Shown here: positions 45,562 to 55,078 of the stretch, in pieces | Position numbering within the stretch: position 1 is the first letter of the stretch | How the letters are laid out: the number at the start of each line of letters is the position of its first letter | NCBI GenBank assembly: GCA_965116305.1 | Contig: OZ220673.1 | Coordinates: 1,379,362-1,443,361 of the forward strand | Reading direction: 5' to 3' | Origin: Dehalococcoidia bacterium | GTDB taxonomy: Bacteria; Chloroflexota; Dehalococcoidia; Lucifugimonadales; Australimonadaceae | Length of the DNA stretch: 64,000 bases | The notes under the pieces: generated by a model | The model's input: only the letters and a program-made list of their open reading frames with translations | What the model was told of the DNA's origin: nothing | Database searches by the model: none | Translations under genes and position numbers: made by a program

Positions 45562-45948
45562 TTGCGGCTCCTGCTCGATACGCACGCTTTCATCTGGTGG
45601 TTCAGCGACAGCGCCAGGTTGTCGCGACCCGCACACCGCCTGATCGCTGATGATACGAACGATGTCTTCGTGAGTGCAGCCACAGCTTGGGAGATCGCGA
45701 CGAAGCACCGCTTGGGTAAGTTGCAGGACGCCGAGGCACTCGCCCTCGACATCCCTGGCGCTATCGTGCGGCAGAAGTTTGAGGAGTTACCTGTGACGGT
45801 GGGAGACGGCGTTCGGGCCGGGGAACTTCCCGGCCCGCTCCGTGACCCGTTCGACCGCATGCTCATCGCGCAGGCGCTGGCACACGACCTTATCGTCGTC
45901 TCGAACGAGACGCTCTTCGACCGCTACGGCGTGCGCCGCCTCTGGTAA
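45562..45948 (+). CDS. PIN-domain toxin (VapC-like)
   Basis: ORF track 128 aa (TTG start). Motifs are LLLDTHAFIWW, AWEIATK and DPFDRMLIAQA. Confidence 0.85.
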   Translation: MRLLLDTHAFIWWFSDSARLSRPAHRLIADDTNDVFVSAATAWEIATKHRLGKLQDAEALALDIPGAIVRQKFEELPVTVGDGVRAGELPGPLRDPFDRMLIAQALAHDLIVVSNETLFDRYGVRRLW

Positions 45949-45958
45949 CGCGACTGCC

Positions 45959-46666
45959 TCAGCCCGCGAGGTGCTTCCCGAACCATGCCAGTGCGTCGGC
46001 CCACGCGGCCTCGGCGGCCTCCTGGTTGTAGCGCTCCGCGTTCGTGTGGTTGTGGAACGCGTGCGGCGCGTTGGCGTACACCTTCATGTCGCACGTAGTT
46101 CCCGCGTCGTTCAGCGCCTTGGTGATGTCGTCGATGCCCGCGTTGATGCGCTCGTCCAACTCGCCGTAGACGGCGTAGACTGCGCCCTTGATGTTCGGCA
46201 CCTGCTCCAGCGGCGGGTTCGCGCCGTAGAACGGCACTGCAGCCGCGATGTCCTCGCTCTCCGTCGCCACGCGCCACGTGATGCCTCCGCCGAAGCAGAA
46301 GCCGATGATGCCGATGCGCGTCACGTCCGACTGCGCCTTGAGGTACGCGATCACCGCCTGCACGTCGCTCACGTGTCGCTCCCGCGGGATCTCGCCCAGC
46401 TTCGCCGGGATGTCCTCGATGCTCGCCGTGCCGCCGTCGCGCGACAGCAGGTCCGGCGCGACCGCGATGTAGCCGTTGCTGGCGAGGCCGTCCGCCACGT
46501 CGCGCAGGTACGGCACAAGGCCCCGGTTCTCGTGGATGACGATGACCGCCGGGGCGCTGCCGCCCGATGCCGGCCTCGACTCGTACGCCGCCAGTTGCGC
46601 GTCACCCGCGTCTATCGTGATGTCGCTTCCGTTGGGCTCAGGCCCGCCGATGAGAGGGTTCGCCAT
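45959..46666 (-). CDS. dienelactone hydrolase family protein
   Basis: ORF track 235 aa. Cys nucleophile elbow is IGFCFGGG, and VVIHENRG is an oxyanion-region motif. Confidence 0.8.
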   Translation of the reverse strand: MANPLIGGPEPNGSDITIDAGDAQLAAYESRPASGGSAPAVIVIHENRGLVPYLRDVADGLASNGYIAVAPDLLSRDGGTASIEDIPAKLGEIPRERHVSDVQAVIAYLKAQSDVTRIGIIGFCFGGGITWRVATESEDIAAAVPFYGANPPLEQVPNIKGAVYAVYGELDERINAGIDDITKALNDAGTTCDMKVYANAPHAFHNHTNAERYNQEAAEAAWADALAWFGKHLAG

Positions 46667-46704
46667 GTCTCCTATCCTCCTTTGATCTGGTCAGGCCGGC
46701 TGGT

Positions 46705-47502
46705 TCACTCCAACCTGACGTTCTTGCTGTAGTCGTAGTCCACCGAGATGTCGCTCGCGAAGTCCCAGGTCACGCGGCTCGTGTCCCAGCCGGCGCCGAA
46801 GGCTTCTTCGAAGAACGTGAGCATGTCCCGCCACGCAGCGGCGGTCTGCTCCGGGCGGTATCTTCCCGGCATCGTATCGTTGAACCAGCCGTGCGGCGCG
46901 CCCGGGTAGACGCGGATGCGGTAGCTCTTGTTCGCCCGCTCGAACGCGCCACGCCACGCCTGCAAGCTCTCGATGGAGATGATGTGGTCCGCCTCGCCGA
47001 ATTGGCCGAGTACGGGACACTGGGTCGCCGCGATGAGTTCGCTCATGGGCACCGGCTGCTCCGGCGTGGGCTTCCAGTTCGCATTGTCCACGCCCCCGTA
47101 GAGCGCAACAACCGCCGCCACGTCGTTCCGGTGCGCCGCATACAGGATCGGCTGCCGTCCGGTCTGGCAGACGCCGATGATGCCGATGCTGTCGCTCCGC
47201 ACGTAGTCCTGGCTTCGCAGGAAGCGGATGACCTCATCGAAGTCGTCGATGACCTCATTGTCCCGTATCTCGACGCGCGCCTCGCCGCGCGCCACCGCCT
47301 CGACGTCGCCGTCGTAGCGATGGAACAGGTCCGGCGACACACCCACGTACCCCACCTCCGCGAGTCGCTCCGCCATGTCCTTCGGGTGCTGGACGATGCC
47401 GTAACGCTCGTGCAGCCACATCACCGCGGGGCGCGGCTCGTCCGTGTCGGGACGCGCCAGCCAGACGCTCATCCCGCTCTCTAGGCGATGCTCTTCCAGC
47501 AT
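46705..47502 (-). CDS. dienelactone hydrolase family protein (paralog of 52366..53148)
   Basis: ORF track 265 aa. Motifs are MWLHERYG and IGVCQTG. Confidence 0.75.
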   Translation of the reverse strand: MLEEHRLESGMSVWLARPDTDEPRPAVMWLHERYGIVQHPKDMAERLAEVGYVGVSPDLFHRYDGDVEAVARGEARVEIRDNEVIDDFDEVIRFLRSQDYVRSDSIGIIGVCQTGRQPILYAAHRNDVAAVVALYGGVDNANWKPTPEQPVPMSELIAATQCPVLGQFGEADHIISIESLQAWRGAFERANKSYRIRVYPGAPHGWFNDTMPGRYRPEQTAAAWRDMLTFFEEAFGAGWDTSRVTWDFASDISVDYDYSKNVRLE

Positions 47503-47522
47503 GTGCTCCTCCTGGACCGGGC

Positions 47523-48410
47523 CTACAACCCGGCGACGAAATCCGCGAGACGGTCTATCTGGTCGATGTCGGCCAGGCCCGGCTCCAGTATCAGTTCATC
47601 GCAGCCGATCTCCTCGTAGGCGCGGAAGGCCTCCCGCAGCGTCTTGGGGGTGGACGGCACCTTCACCTCCATCGTCCGCGCAGCCTCGCCACGGAACGAG
47701 TAGTAGGAGCGTATCGACTCCGCCGTCCGGTCTGCGGCGTACTGTCCCCAGGCGCACGTGAGACCAGCGACCAGCCTCGGTCTGCCCGGCTTGCCCGCGT
47801 CCTTCCACGCCGACTCCACGATGCGGAAGTAGCTCATCACCTCCTGAGCCTGGTTGGAAGCCGCGCTGCCCGCGCTGCCCGCGATGTAGCCGTCGCCAAG
47901 CCTGCCGGAGCGCCGCAGCGCAACCTCCGTGCGCCCGCCGATGAGCAACTCCGGGCCCTTCTTGTACCCCGCTGTGGGGCCGATGGGGCCGACGTCCTCC
48001 TGCAGCGGTTCCCCCGCCCAGATGCGGCGCATCGCGGCTATCTGCTCCTCGAACCGCTTGCCGCGAGCCTTCATCTGGGCCTCGGCGGCAACGAAATCGT
48101 CCGGGCGCGAACCGACCCCGAGCCCGAGCACGAACCGCCCGCCCGATATGGAGTCGATGCTTGCGACCTGCTTCGCCATGATCGCCGCGTTGCGCAGCGG
48201 CGCGATGAGCACCGTCGGCATCAGCCGAACGCGCTCGGTCACGGCTGCCGCCGCGGCCATCGCTATCAGCACGTCGTGGTTGCCGTAGACCAACCGGTCT
48301 ATCTGTGCCAGGGATGAGAACGGTCCCTGGTCGGCCCTGACTGCCCAATCGACAAGGATGTCCCCCTTGTTCGCAGGGATCACCTTGGGGAATGCGATTC
48401 CTATCTCCAT
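47523..48410 (-). CDS. luciferase-like (LLM class, probably F420-dependent) oxidoreductase
   Basis: ORF track 47523..48518 trimmed to MEIGIAFPKV. It contains LIAPLRNAAIMAKQVASIDSISGGRFVLGLGVGSRP and is a paralog of 10734..11594. Confidence 0.75.
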   Translation of the reverse strand: MEIGIAFPKVIPANKGDILVDWAVRADQGPFSSLAQIDRLVYGNHDVLIAMAAAAAVTERVRLMPTVLIAPLRNAAIMAKQVASIDSISGGRFVLGLGVGSRPDDFVAAEAQMKARGKRFEEQIAAMRRIWAGEPLQEDVGPIGPTAGYKKGPELLIGGRTEVALRRSGRLGDGYIAGSAGSAASNQAQEVMSYFRIVESAWKDAGKPGRPRLVAGLTCAWGQYAADRTAESIRSYYSFRGEAARTMEVKVPSTPKTLREAFRAYEEIGCDELILEPGLADIDQIDRLADFVAGL

Positions 48411-48420
48411 GCGGGCTGCG

Positions 48421-49362
48421 CTACTCCGGCCTGACCACGAACACCGGGCCCGCGCTGTGCCGCACGACGCGGTCCGTAATGCTGCCGAGCAGCAGGCGCG
48501 CCATGCCCGCGCGGCCATGCGTCGCCATCGCCACCAGCTTGTCGCCAGTCTCGCCGACCTCGTCGAGTATCAGACTGGCCGGGTAGCCGGTGACTACGCT
48601 GCCCGTAACGTCCGCGACTCCTGCTGCCTGCACCTCCCCCACTTTCGACGTGACGTAGCTATGGGCTTCCGCCTCCATCTCCGTGGCAAGGTCCTGAACG
48701 CCACTGACTGGCGCGTACTCCGTGAACGCTTCACCATACGGGTTCGGCGGGATCGCCCGCAGCACGGTCACGCCAACCCCCAGCGCCGTCGCCATCTCTA
48801 CTGCGTGCGGCAACGCCTGCTCGGACAGCTCGGAGCCATCCAGCGTCAGCACCACCCGGTTGACCGGATGAGCGCCTCCTTCCTGGGCTCGAGTGATGAG
48901 CATCGGGTGCCTGCCGCTCCGCACCATCTTGTCCGTGACGCTGCCCAGCAACCACCTCCCGACGCCCGTGCGGCCGTGCGTGGTCATGGCGATGAGCGTG
49001 CCGGCGTCTTTGTCCGCCTCCTCCAGGAGGCAGTCCGCCGGGTCGCCGTCTTTCACCACTGTCTCAACGGTCACGCCGTCCGACCTGATGGTCTCGGCCA
49101 TCTGATCGAGATACGCCTGCGCATCGCTGTTGATCCTTGCAAGGATGTCTTCCCAATCTGCGGCCGATGGCAGAGGACCGGCCTGGTCATCCGTCTCCCG
49201 GTAGACGCTCATCCCTTCTCTGACCAGTTCACCGGGATAAGGGTTCACCACGCGCAGCAGTAACACGGTTGCTCCCGTGGACTTCGCGACCATCTCGGCA
49301 TACGGCAGCACCTGTGCTGCCAGATCCGACCCATCCAGTGGAACCAGGACACACGAATACAT
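48421..49362 (-). CDS. universal stress protein with tandem UspA domains
   Basis: ORF track 313 aa. Two copies of the G-x2-G-x9-G(S/T) motif are present (HGRTGVGRWLLGSVTDKMV, HGRAGMARLLLGSITDRVV). Confidence 0.85.
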   Translation of the reverse strand: MYSCVLVPLDGSDLAAQVLPYAEMVAKSTGATVLLLRVVNPYPGELVREGMSVYRETDDQAGPLPSAADWEDILARINSDAQAYLDQMAETIRSDGVTVETVVKDGDPADCLLEEADKDAGTLIAMTTHGRTGVGRWLLGSVTDKMVRSGRHPMLITRAQEGGAHPVNRVVLTLDGSELSEQALPHAVEMATALGVGVTVLRAIPPNPYGEAFTEYAPVSGVQDLATEMEAEAHSYVTSKVGEVQAAGVADVTGSVVTGYPASLILDEVGETGDKLVAMATHGRAGMARLLLGSITDRVVRHSAGPVFVVRPE

Positions 49363-49416
49363 GCAGACCCCTCCTGCCTCGTTATCGATGACGCTCTACG
49401 GACGCTGGGCCCGGTT

Positions 49417-50769
49417 TTACCCCTGACCCACCAGCTTGCGACGCTCGGCCGCGTCCTCGCCGCCCTTCACGCCGCGCTGGTTGAGGATGGGGCTGTACTT
49501 GCTCGCCATACCCTGGCGCTCGTACACGCTCGTGCCGGTGCCCGTGCCGCCGAGGTCGTTCGGGTTGATCTTCGCCGCGAGCTCGCGCGGGTACTCCGTG
49601 ACCATCCCGTGGTACCTGTTCTCCTCAGGCGTGCGGAACGTGTTCATCGGGTCGCCGCCGTCCTCGACGATCTTGATGTTGTCCTCCAGCATCTGGCGGA
49701 ACATGATGATGCCCTTGTCAGAGCGGCCCAGATGCTCGCCCGTGCGGTCGGCGATGTCGCCCTGCGTGATCCACGCCGCGACGTCCTGCGCGGAGTTGCT
49801 GTCCAGGATGACGTACTGCGGCTGGTCGTTCTCGTCCAGTTGGATGACGGGAGGCTCGAAGAAGGGAACGTCCTCCGCAGCCTGATCAGGTGTGTCCGCT
49901 TCCTTGGGATGGCACATCACCCACCAGTGCGCCGTGTTGTAGTCGTCGATCGGAACCCGTATCTGCACCGCCGGGCCGGTCATGCCCCACTTCTCACGGT
50001 CGAACCCGTCGCCGCCCTGGCGCAGGTAGTACGGGAAGATGATGGGGTGACCCTCGCGCCAGGAGGTGTCTTCCTCGGAGCCGCCCTCCATGACCCGGCG
50101 CTTGTAGATGCCGTACTCGTACTCCGTGAACGCGATCTTCTCGTGGTGCCGGATGACCTTCTGGCGCTCCGGCTCGTCCCGCATCACGGAGATGAAGTTG
50201 GACCAGTAACCGTGGAGCCACTCCAGGTGCACCGGGTCCAGCGAGTTCTCCTGGCACTGCAGCCAGTTGCACGGCAGCACTGCCAGCCCGATGTCCCTGA
50301 TGACGTCGTCCACCGCGAAGACGTCCCAGTTCGGCACGAGCGGCGCGGGGGTGGGGCCGAGGTAGGCGAACAGCAGCCCGGCCTTCTGCTCCACCGGGTA
50401 CGCCTTCATCTGGATCTTGTCCTTGAAACGCGCCTCCGGGTCCTCCGTCTCCTCGTACGGCTGCTCCGTGCACTGGCCCGTCTCGTCGTACAGCCAGCCG
50501 TGGTACGGGCAGCGGAGACCGTGCTCCTCAGGGATGCCGTAGATCATGTTCATACGGCGGTGGGCGCAGTGCGGCTCCATGAGGCCGAAGGTGCCGGAGC
50601 GGTCCTTGTAGAGGATGAGGTCCTCGCCCAGCAGGCGTACCTTCATCGTCCACTTGTCGTTCATCTGGGAGACGGCGGCGACGGGGTGCCAGTAGCGGCG
50701 CATCAGTTCGCCGGTGGGCGTGCCGGGGCCGACTCGGGTATAGCGGTCGTTTGCTTCCTGCGTCAGCAT
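49417..50769 (-). CDS. Rieske non-heme-iron oxygenase, KshA/phthalate-type (paralog 5)
   Basis: ORF track 450 aa. Motifs are CAHRRMNM...CPYHGW and NWLQCQENSLDPVHLEWLH. Confidence 0.9.
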   Translation of the reverse strand: MLTQEANDRYTRVGPGTPTGELMRRYWHPVAAVSQMNDKWTMKVRLLGEDLILYKDRSGTFGLMEPHCAHRRMNMIYGIPEEHGLRCPYHGWLYDETGQCTEQPYEETEDPEARFKDKIQMKAYPVEQKAGLLFAYLGPTPAPLVPNWDVFAVDDVIRDIGLAVLPCNWLQCQENSLDPVHLEWLHGYWSNFISVMRDEPERQKVIRHHEKIAFTEYEYGIYKRRVMEGGSEEDTSWREGHPIIFPYYLRQGGDGFDREKWGMTGPAVQIRVPIDDYNTAHWWVMCHPKEADTPDQAAEDVPFFEPPVIQLDENDQPQYVILDSNSAQDVAAWITQGDIADRTGEHLGRSDKGIIMFRQMLEDNIKIVEDGGDPMNTFRTPEENRYHGMVTEYPRELAAKINPNDLGGTGTGTSVYERQGMASKYSPILNQRGVKGGEDAAERRKLVGQG

Positions 50770-50840
50770 CGCTTCCTCCTTCTGTCTCTCTGTCTCGTCT
50801 CGATTTCGGGCGCATCATACAGCCGCCCGTGTTTACGTCG

Positions 50841-52208
50841 CTAGCGACGGTACGACGGCGAGCTCGGGAGCGTCCGCTCCTCGAACGCGCGCTGCACGTC
50901 CGCCAGCTTGCGCGGGAACTCCGTCGTCCGGCAGTTGTGCCAGTCGTCCAGCTCCGCCTCCCAGTCCGCGCCCGGCGGCAGGACCGTCGCGCACGAGCGT
51001 ACGTTGTAATGCTCCGGGTGCTCCGACGCCGGCGGGGGCGTGCCGTCCTCACGCAGCTGCGTCGCCGCCCGGAGCAGCATGCGCCGCGCGCGGATGATGC
51101 TCACGTCCGTCGTCCCCAGGTGCTCGCGGGTCCTGTCCATGATGCGGCCCATGCTGTGGATGACCGCCGAGTCCTGCAGCCGCACCGTCGGGATGCCCGT
51201 CGCGTTGCGCTGCTTCGCCGTCTGGTCCATCAGGAAGTCGCTGTCCGGCGCGGCCTGCGGCCACCATTTCGCGAAGAAGCGCCCATGCTGCTCCGACTTC
51301 ATCGGCCCGACGCCCGGCACGAGTGCGCCCGGCTCGTCCGACAGCGCCGAGTGTGGCTTGCCATTGCCCGGCATCTCGCCCGCGGGCTTCCACCAGATGC
51401 CCATGTGGACGGTGTGGTAGTCGTCCACCGGCAGGTAGATCGAGAGCGGCACGACGCCGTCCTGCGCGGGGAACATCCCGTAGATGGGGAAGATGAACTG
51501 CGTGGTGCGCCAGTAGACGTTGCCGTCGAGCTCGTGGCGTTCCGCGCCGTAGGTGAACCCGTAGGGCTTCTCCGAGATGTGGAAGAGCGCGCGCTGGTCG
51601 TTGTGGTAGAGGCCATAGCGCGGCGAGTCGTCGATGTTCAGCCGGCGATGGAGAAAGTACACGTGCGTCGAGTCCAGCTCGCCCTCGAGCGCCTGCATCC
51701 AGTTGCACTCGTACACGATCTTCTGTGCGTGGCTCACGTTCTCCGGCGGTATCTGCCCCCATTCGAACAACGGGATGCCGGGCGGGTCGTCCTGGTTCGG
51801 TCCCATGTATATCCACGTGACTCCGCCGTAGTCCGCGCCCTTGTACGCCGTTATCCGCACCTTCTGCTTGAAGGCGCTCTCAGCAGGCTCGTTCGGCATG
51901 TCGACGCACTGCCCGTCAGCGTCGAACTTCCAGCCGTGGTAGGCGCAGCGCAGCCCTTCCTCCTCGGTGCGCCCGTAGTAGAAGCCGGCGCCCCGGTGCG
52001 GGCAGTTCGCCTGCGTGAACGCGGGCGTCCCGTCCAGCGTACGCCACACGACGAGGTCCTCGCCCAACACGCGTACGCGCTGCGGCTGTCCCTCCGCTTC
52101 GTACTCCCACGAGTAGCCGACCGGCAGCCAATACTGCCGCATCAGGTCGCCCATCGGCGTGCCGCGTCCTACGCGGCAGAGCAGGTCCGTGTTCTCAGCA
52201 GACAGCAT
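50841..52208 (-). CDS. Rieske non-heme-iron oxygenase, second subfamily (paralog 6)
   Basis: ORF track 455 aa. Motifs are CPHRGAGF...CAYHGW and NWMQALEGELDSTHVYFLH. It is closest in layout to 33409..34677. Confidence 0.9.
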   Translation of the reverse strand: MLSAENTDLLCRVGRGTPMGDLMRQYWLPVGYSWEYEAEGQPQRVRVLGEDLVVWRTLDGTPAFTQANCPHRGAGFYYGRTEEEGLRCAYHGWKFDADGQCVDMPNEPAESAFKQKVRITAYKGADYGGVTWIYMGPNQDDPPGIPLFEWGQIPPENVSHAQKIVYECNWMQALEGELDSTHVYFLHRRLNIDDSPRYGLYHNDQRALFHISEKPYGFTYGAERHELDGNVYWRTTQFIFPIYGMFPAQDGVVPLSIYLPVDDYHTVHMGIWWKPAGEMPGNGKPHSALSDEPGALVPGVGPMKSEQHGRFFAKWWPQAAPDSDFLMDQTAKQRNATGIPTVRLQDSAVIHSMGRIMDRTREHLGTTDVSIIRARRMLLRAATQLREDGTPPPASEHPEHYNVRSCATVLPPGADWEAELDDWHNCRTTEFPRKLADVQRAFEERTLPSSPSYRR

Positions 52209-52365
52209 GCCGTCCTCCCGTTTACGCCCAGTGAAGCGTGGTGCACTCGGACATCATCCTGCAGGCGTCAGCATACGCCAATCCGCCGTGCAATTCACCG
52301 CACGATGCACCCCGTGCGCGTACTGGCGTATAGTCGCACTCGACACAACGCCGGAGGAGCAGAGC

Positions 52366-53148
52366 ATGGAGATCACCGAGAACGTCCTGCAGAGCGGTAT
52401 GCGGCTCTGGTACGCACGGCCTGAGACGAGCGAGCCACGCCCCCTGATGGTGATGCTCCACGAGCGCTACGGGCCGGTGGAGCAGAGCTGGAACATCCTC
52501 CGGCGCATGGCGGGTTACGGCTACGTCGCCTGCCTCTCAGACCTCTTCCACCGCTACGAGGGCGACCGCGGCCCCATCGAACGATCCGAGGCCCGCTGCG
52601 ACCCCACCGACGAGCAGACCGTGATCGACATCGACGAGTCCATCGCATTCATGCGCGGGCTGGACTTCGTGGATGGAAGCAACATCGGCCTCGTCGGCTT
52701 CTGCCAGAGCGGACGCACCCCCATGGTCTACTCCGCGGCAGGCCGCGACGTGCAGGCGCTGGGCGTCTTCCACGGCGGCATCTACCCCCGCGACTACGAG
52801 CCCATCTATGAGGGGCAGGAGCCCATCGCCGACGTGCTGCCCCGCGTCACCGCTCCGATCCTTGCGGGCTTCGCCGAGCACGACCAGCTCGTGCCCATGG
52901 AGAACGTCAAACGCTTCCGCGGCGAGCTGGAGTCGCTCGGCAAACGCGCAAGCGTCCGGGTCTTCGCGGGCATCGGCCACGGCTGGTTCAACGTCACCCG
53001 CCCGAAGGACTACAACGAGGCGGCGAGTGACGAGTCGTGGGACCTCCTCGCCGCCTTCGCGGCCAGCGCCTTCGCGGGCACGCTGGGCGACGACCCGAGG
53101 GTCGAGTTCAACGTCGACGCCTCGATCCCGTTCGATTTCTCGGTCTGA
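52366..53148 (+). CDS. dienelactone hydrolase family protein
   Basis: ORF track 52159..53148 trimmed to MEITENVLQSGMRLWYARPETSEPRP, with GGAGGAG upstream. Motifs are MLHERYG and VGFCQSG. Confidence 0.75.
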   Translation: MEITENVLQSGMRLWYARPETSEPRPLMVMLHERYGPVEQSWNILRRMAGYGYVACLSDLFHRYEGDRGPIERSEARCDPTDEQTVIDIDESIAFMRGLDFVDGSNIGLVGFCQSGRTPMVYSAAGRDVQALGVFHGGIYPRDYEPIYEGQEPIADVLPRVTAPILAGFAEHDQLVPMENVKRFRGELESLGKRASVRVFAGIGHGWFNVTRPKDYNEAASDESWDLLAAFAASAFAGTLGDDPRVEFNVDASIPFDFSV

Positions 53149-53220
53149 CGCGGGTAAGGAGCGCCTGCCCCACTACAGGAACGCCCTCCCGCGTGGGGAG
53201 GGCGTCCAACCCTCTTCTCT

Positions 53221-54147
53221 CTACCTCGAAGCCACCTTGGCCCTGACCCCGGCCGCGAGCTCCGCGCTCTCGGAGACGGCCGTGCCGTCCGGGTCCTCCC
53301 ACGCCAACTGACCGCCGAGGCCGTGCTCGATGTTCCACGTCACCACGTCGAAGCACTTGCCCGTTACCTCGGTCGACGCATCCTGCTTCGCGAGGAAGAG
53401 CGCCAGCGGGACCATGTGGTCGGCCCGCAGCGGCAGCGCCGCGTTCGGGTTCCCCATGCCCATCTCACGGCGCGCGATGTTCTGCTCGTCGAAGCCGGTC
53501 GTGCGCGTGTGGCCGGGGATCATCAGGTTCACCGCCACGTTGTCGGAGCGTATCTCGTCGGCCAGGTAGAACATCATCGTGAGCAGCGCGGCCTTCGTCG
53601 ACTGGTACGGCATCTCCCGGCTGTTCGGGCGGAGCGCCTTGTACGCGCCGCCGTACGAGTGATGCAGCGCGCCGCTGCTGATGATGGAGACGACGCTGCC
53701 GGAGCGCTGCTGGATCATCGGGCGGATGAAGCGCCGCGTCACCTTGAGCGCGCCGAACACGTTGACCGCGAACGCCTGCTCCCAGTCCTCGTCGCTCGTC
53801 TCCAGTGTCGTGATGCGCCCCGTCGGCGGGTAGAGGATGCGCTGACGCATCGCCGCGTCGTTGATGACCACGTCGCATGTGCCCCACTTCGCCATGGTCT
53901 CCTCGTACGCCGCGTCGATCTGTTCGCCGTTCGCGACGTCCACCGTCGCCACGATCACGTCGTCGGGACGGGAGCGCAGGCTGTCCAGGAACTCGGTGTC
54001 CTTGTCGCTGGAGAAGCCTGTCGGCTCCCACGACAGGTCCATCGCCACCACCTTCGCGCCTTCCGCCAGGAACGCCTGCGTGAACGCACGGCCCATCCCT
54101 CGCGCCGCGCCCGTTATCGCCACAACCTTGCCGGCCAGTTCGCTCAT
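53221..54147 (-). CDS. short-chain dehydrogenase/reductase (SDR)
   Basis: ORF track 53221..54435 trimmed to MSELAGKVVAITGAARGMGRAF, with GAGGAG upstream. The Y-x3-K motif is YQSTK. Confidence 0.8.
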   Translation of the reverse strand: MSELAGKVVAITGAARGMGRAFTQAFLAEGAKVVAMDLSWEPTGFSSDKDTEFLDSLRSRPDDVIVATVDVANGEQIDAAYEETMAKWGTCDVVINDAAMRQRILYPPTGRITTLETSDEDWEQAFAVNVFGALKVTRRFIRPMIQQRSGSVVSIISSGALHHSYGGAYKALRPNSREMPYQSTKAALLTMMFYLADEIRSDNVAVNLMIPGHTRTTGFDEQNIARREMGMGNPNAALPLRADHMVPLALFLAKQDASTEVTGKCFDVVTWNIEHGLGGQLAWEDPDGTAVSESAELAAGVRAKVASR

Positions 54148-54279
54148 CTCTTCACTCCTCGGATACCGCCCCGGATACGCGCGCCGGGCGGAAGATGCGC
54201 CAATCATACTCCGCCAGCCGATGGGACGCTCGCCCCGCGTGCCCGATAATGGTACGGGTGGCATACCGCCCGCAGGCGG

Positions 54280-55041
54280 GTGAACGTGAAGATACTCGGC
54301 AAACGCATCGGATGGGGGAACGGCACGGCCGCGGACGTCGCCCGTTTCCTGCGGGGGCCGGACCGCCGCAGGCGCGAGCTCCGGCAGGCCGCAAGCGTCT
54401 TCCGCGAGATGATCGGCGGCTTCCGCGCGCTCCACTTCGTCGGCCCGTGCGTCACCGTCTTCGGCTCCGCACGCACGCCCGAGGAGAGTCCCTACTACCG
54501 CATGGGCATGGAGGTCGGCGGCGCACTCGCGGACGCCGGTTTCACCGTCATGACCGGCGGCGGGCCCGGCATCATGGAGGCGGCGAGCCGCGGCGCCAAG
54601 GAGGCGGGCGGGCGCACCGTCGGCTGCACCATCCGCATCGATATGGAAGAGGACGCCAACGCCTACCTGGACACCTGCAAGGAGTTCAACTACTTCTTCG
54701 TCCGCAAGGTCATGCTCGTCAAGTACTCCTACGGCTTCATCGTCATGCCCGGCGGCTACGGTACCCTCGACGAGGTGTTCGAGACCGCCACGCTCGTGCA
54801 GACCAACAAGATCGCCGACTTCCCCATCGTTCTCATGGGCGCCGACTTCTGGAAGCCGATGCTCGGCTTCATCGAGGAGACGTTACTCGCCCAGGGGATG
54901 ATCGACCCCGAGGACTTCGCCGCCATCACCGTCACCGACGACGCCCGCGAGGCTGCCGCGCTCATCCGCGACGCCGCCGTCCGCAGCCACGGCGAACACT
55001 TCGACGAGATCCTCCGCCGCAACCGCCTCCTGTTCGAGTAA
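54280..55041 (+). CDS. LOG / TIGR00730-family Rossmann-fold nucleotide-binding protein
   Basis: ORF track 253 aa (GTG start). Motifs are GGGPGIMEA and PGGYGTLDE. Confidence 0.8.
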   Translation: MNVKILGKRIGWGNGTAADVARFLRGPDRRRRELRQAASVFREMIGGFRALHFVGPCVTVFGSARTPEESPYYRMGMEVGGALADAGFTVMTGGGPGIMEAASRGAKEAGGRTVGCTIRIDMEEDANAYLDTCKEFNYFFVRKVMLVKYSYGFIVMPGGYGTLDEVFETATLVQTNKIADFPIVLMGADFWKPMLGFIEETLLAQGMIDPEDFAAITVTDDAREAAALIRDAAVRSHGEHFDEILRRNRLLFE

Positions 55042-55078
55042 CGCGCCCCTGTTCCGCCCCTGTTCTTTGGGCGCGCGC

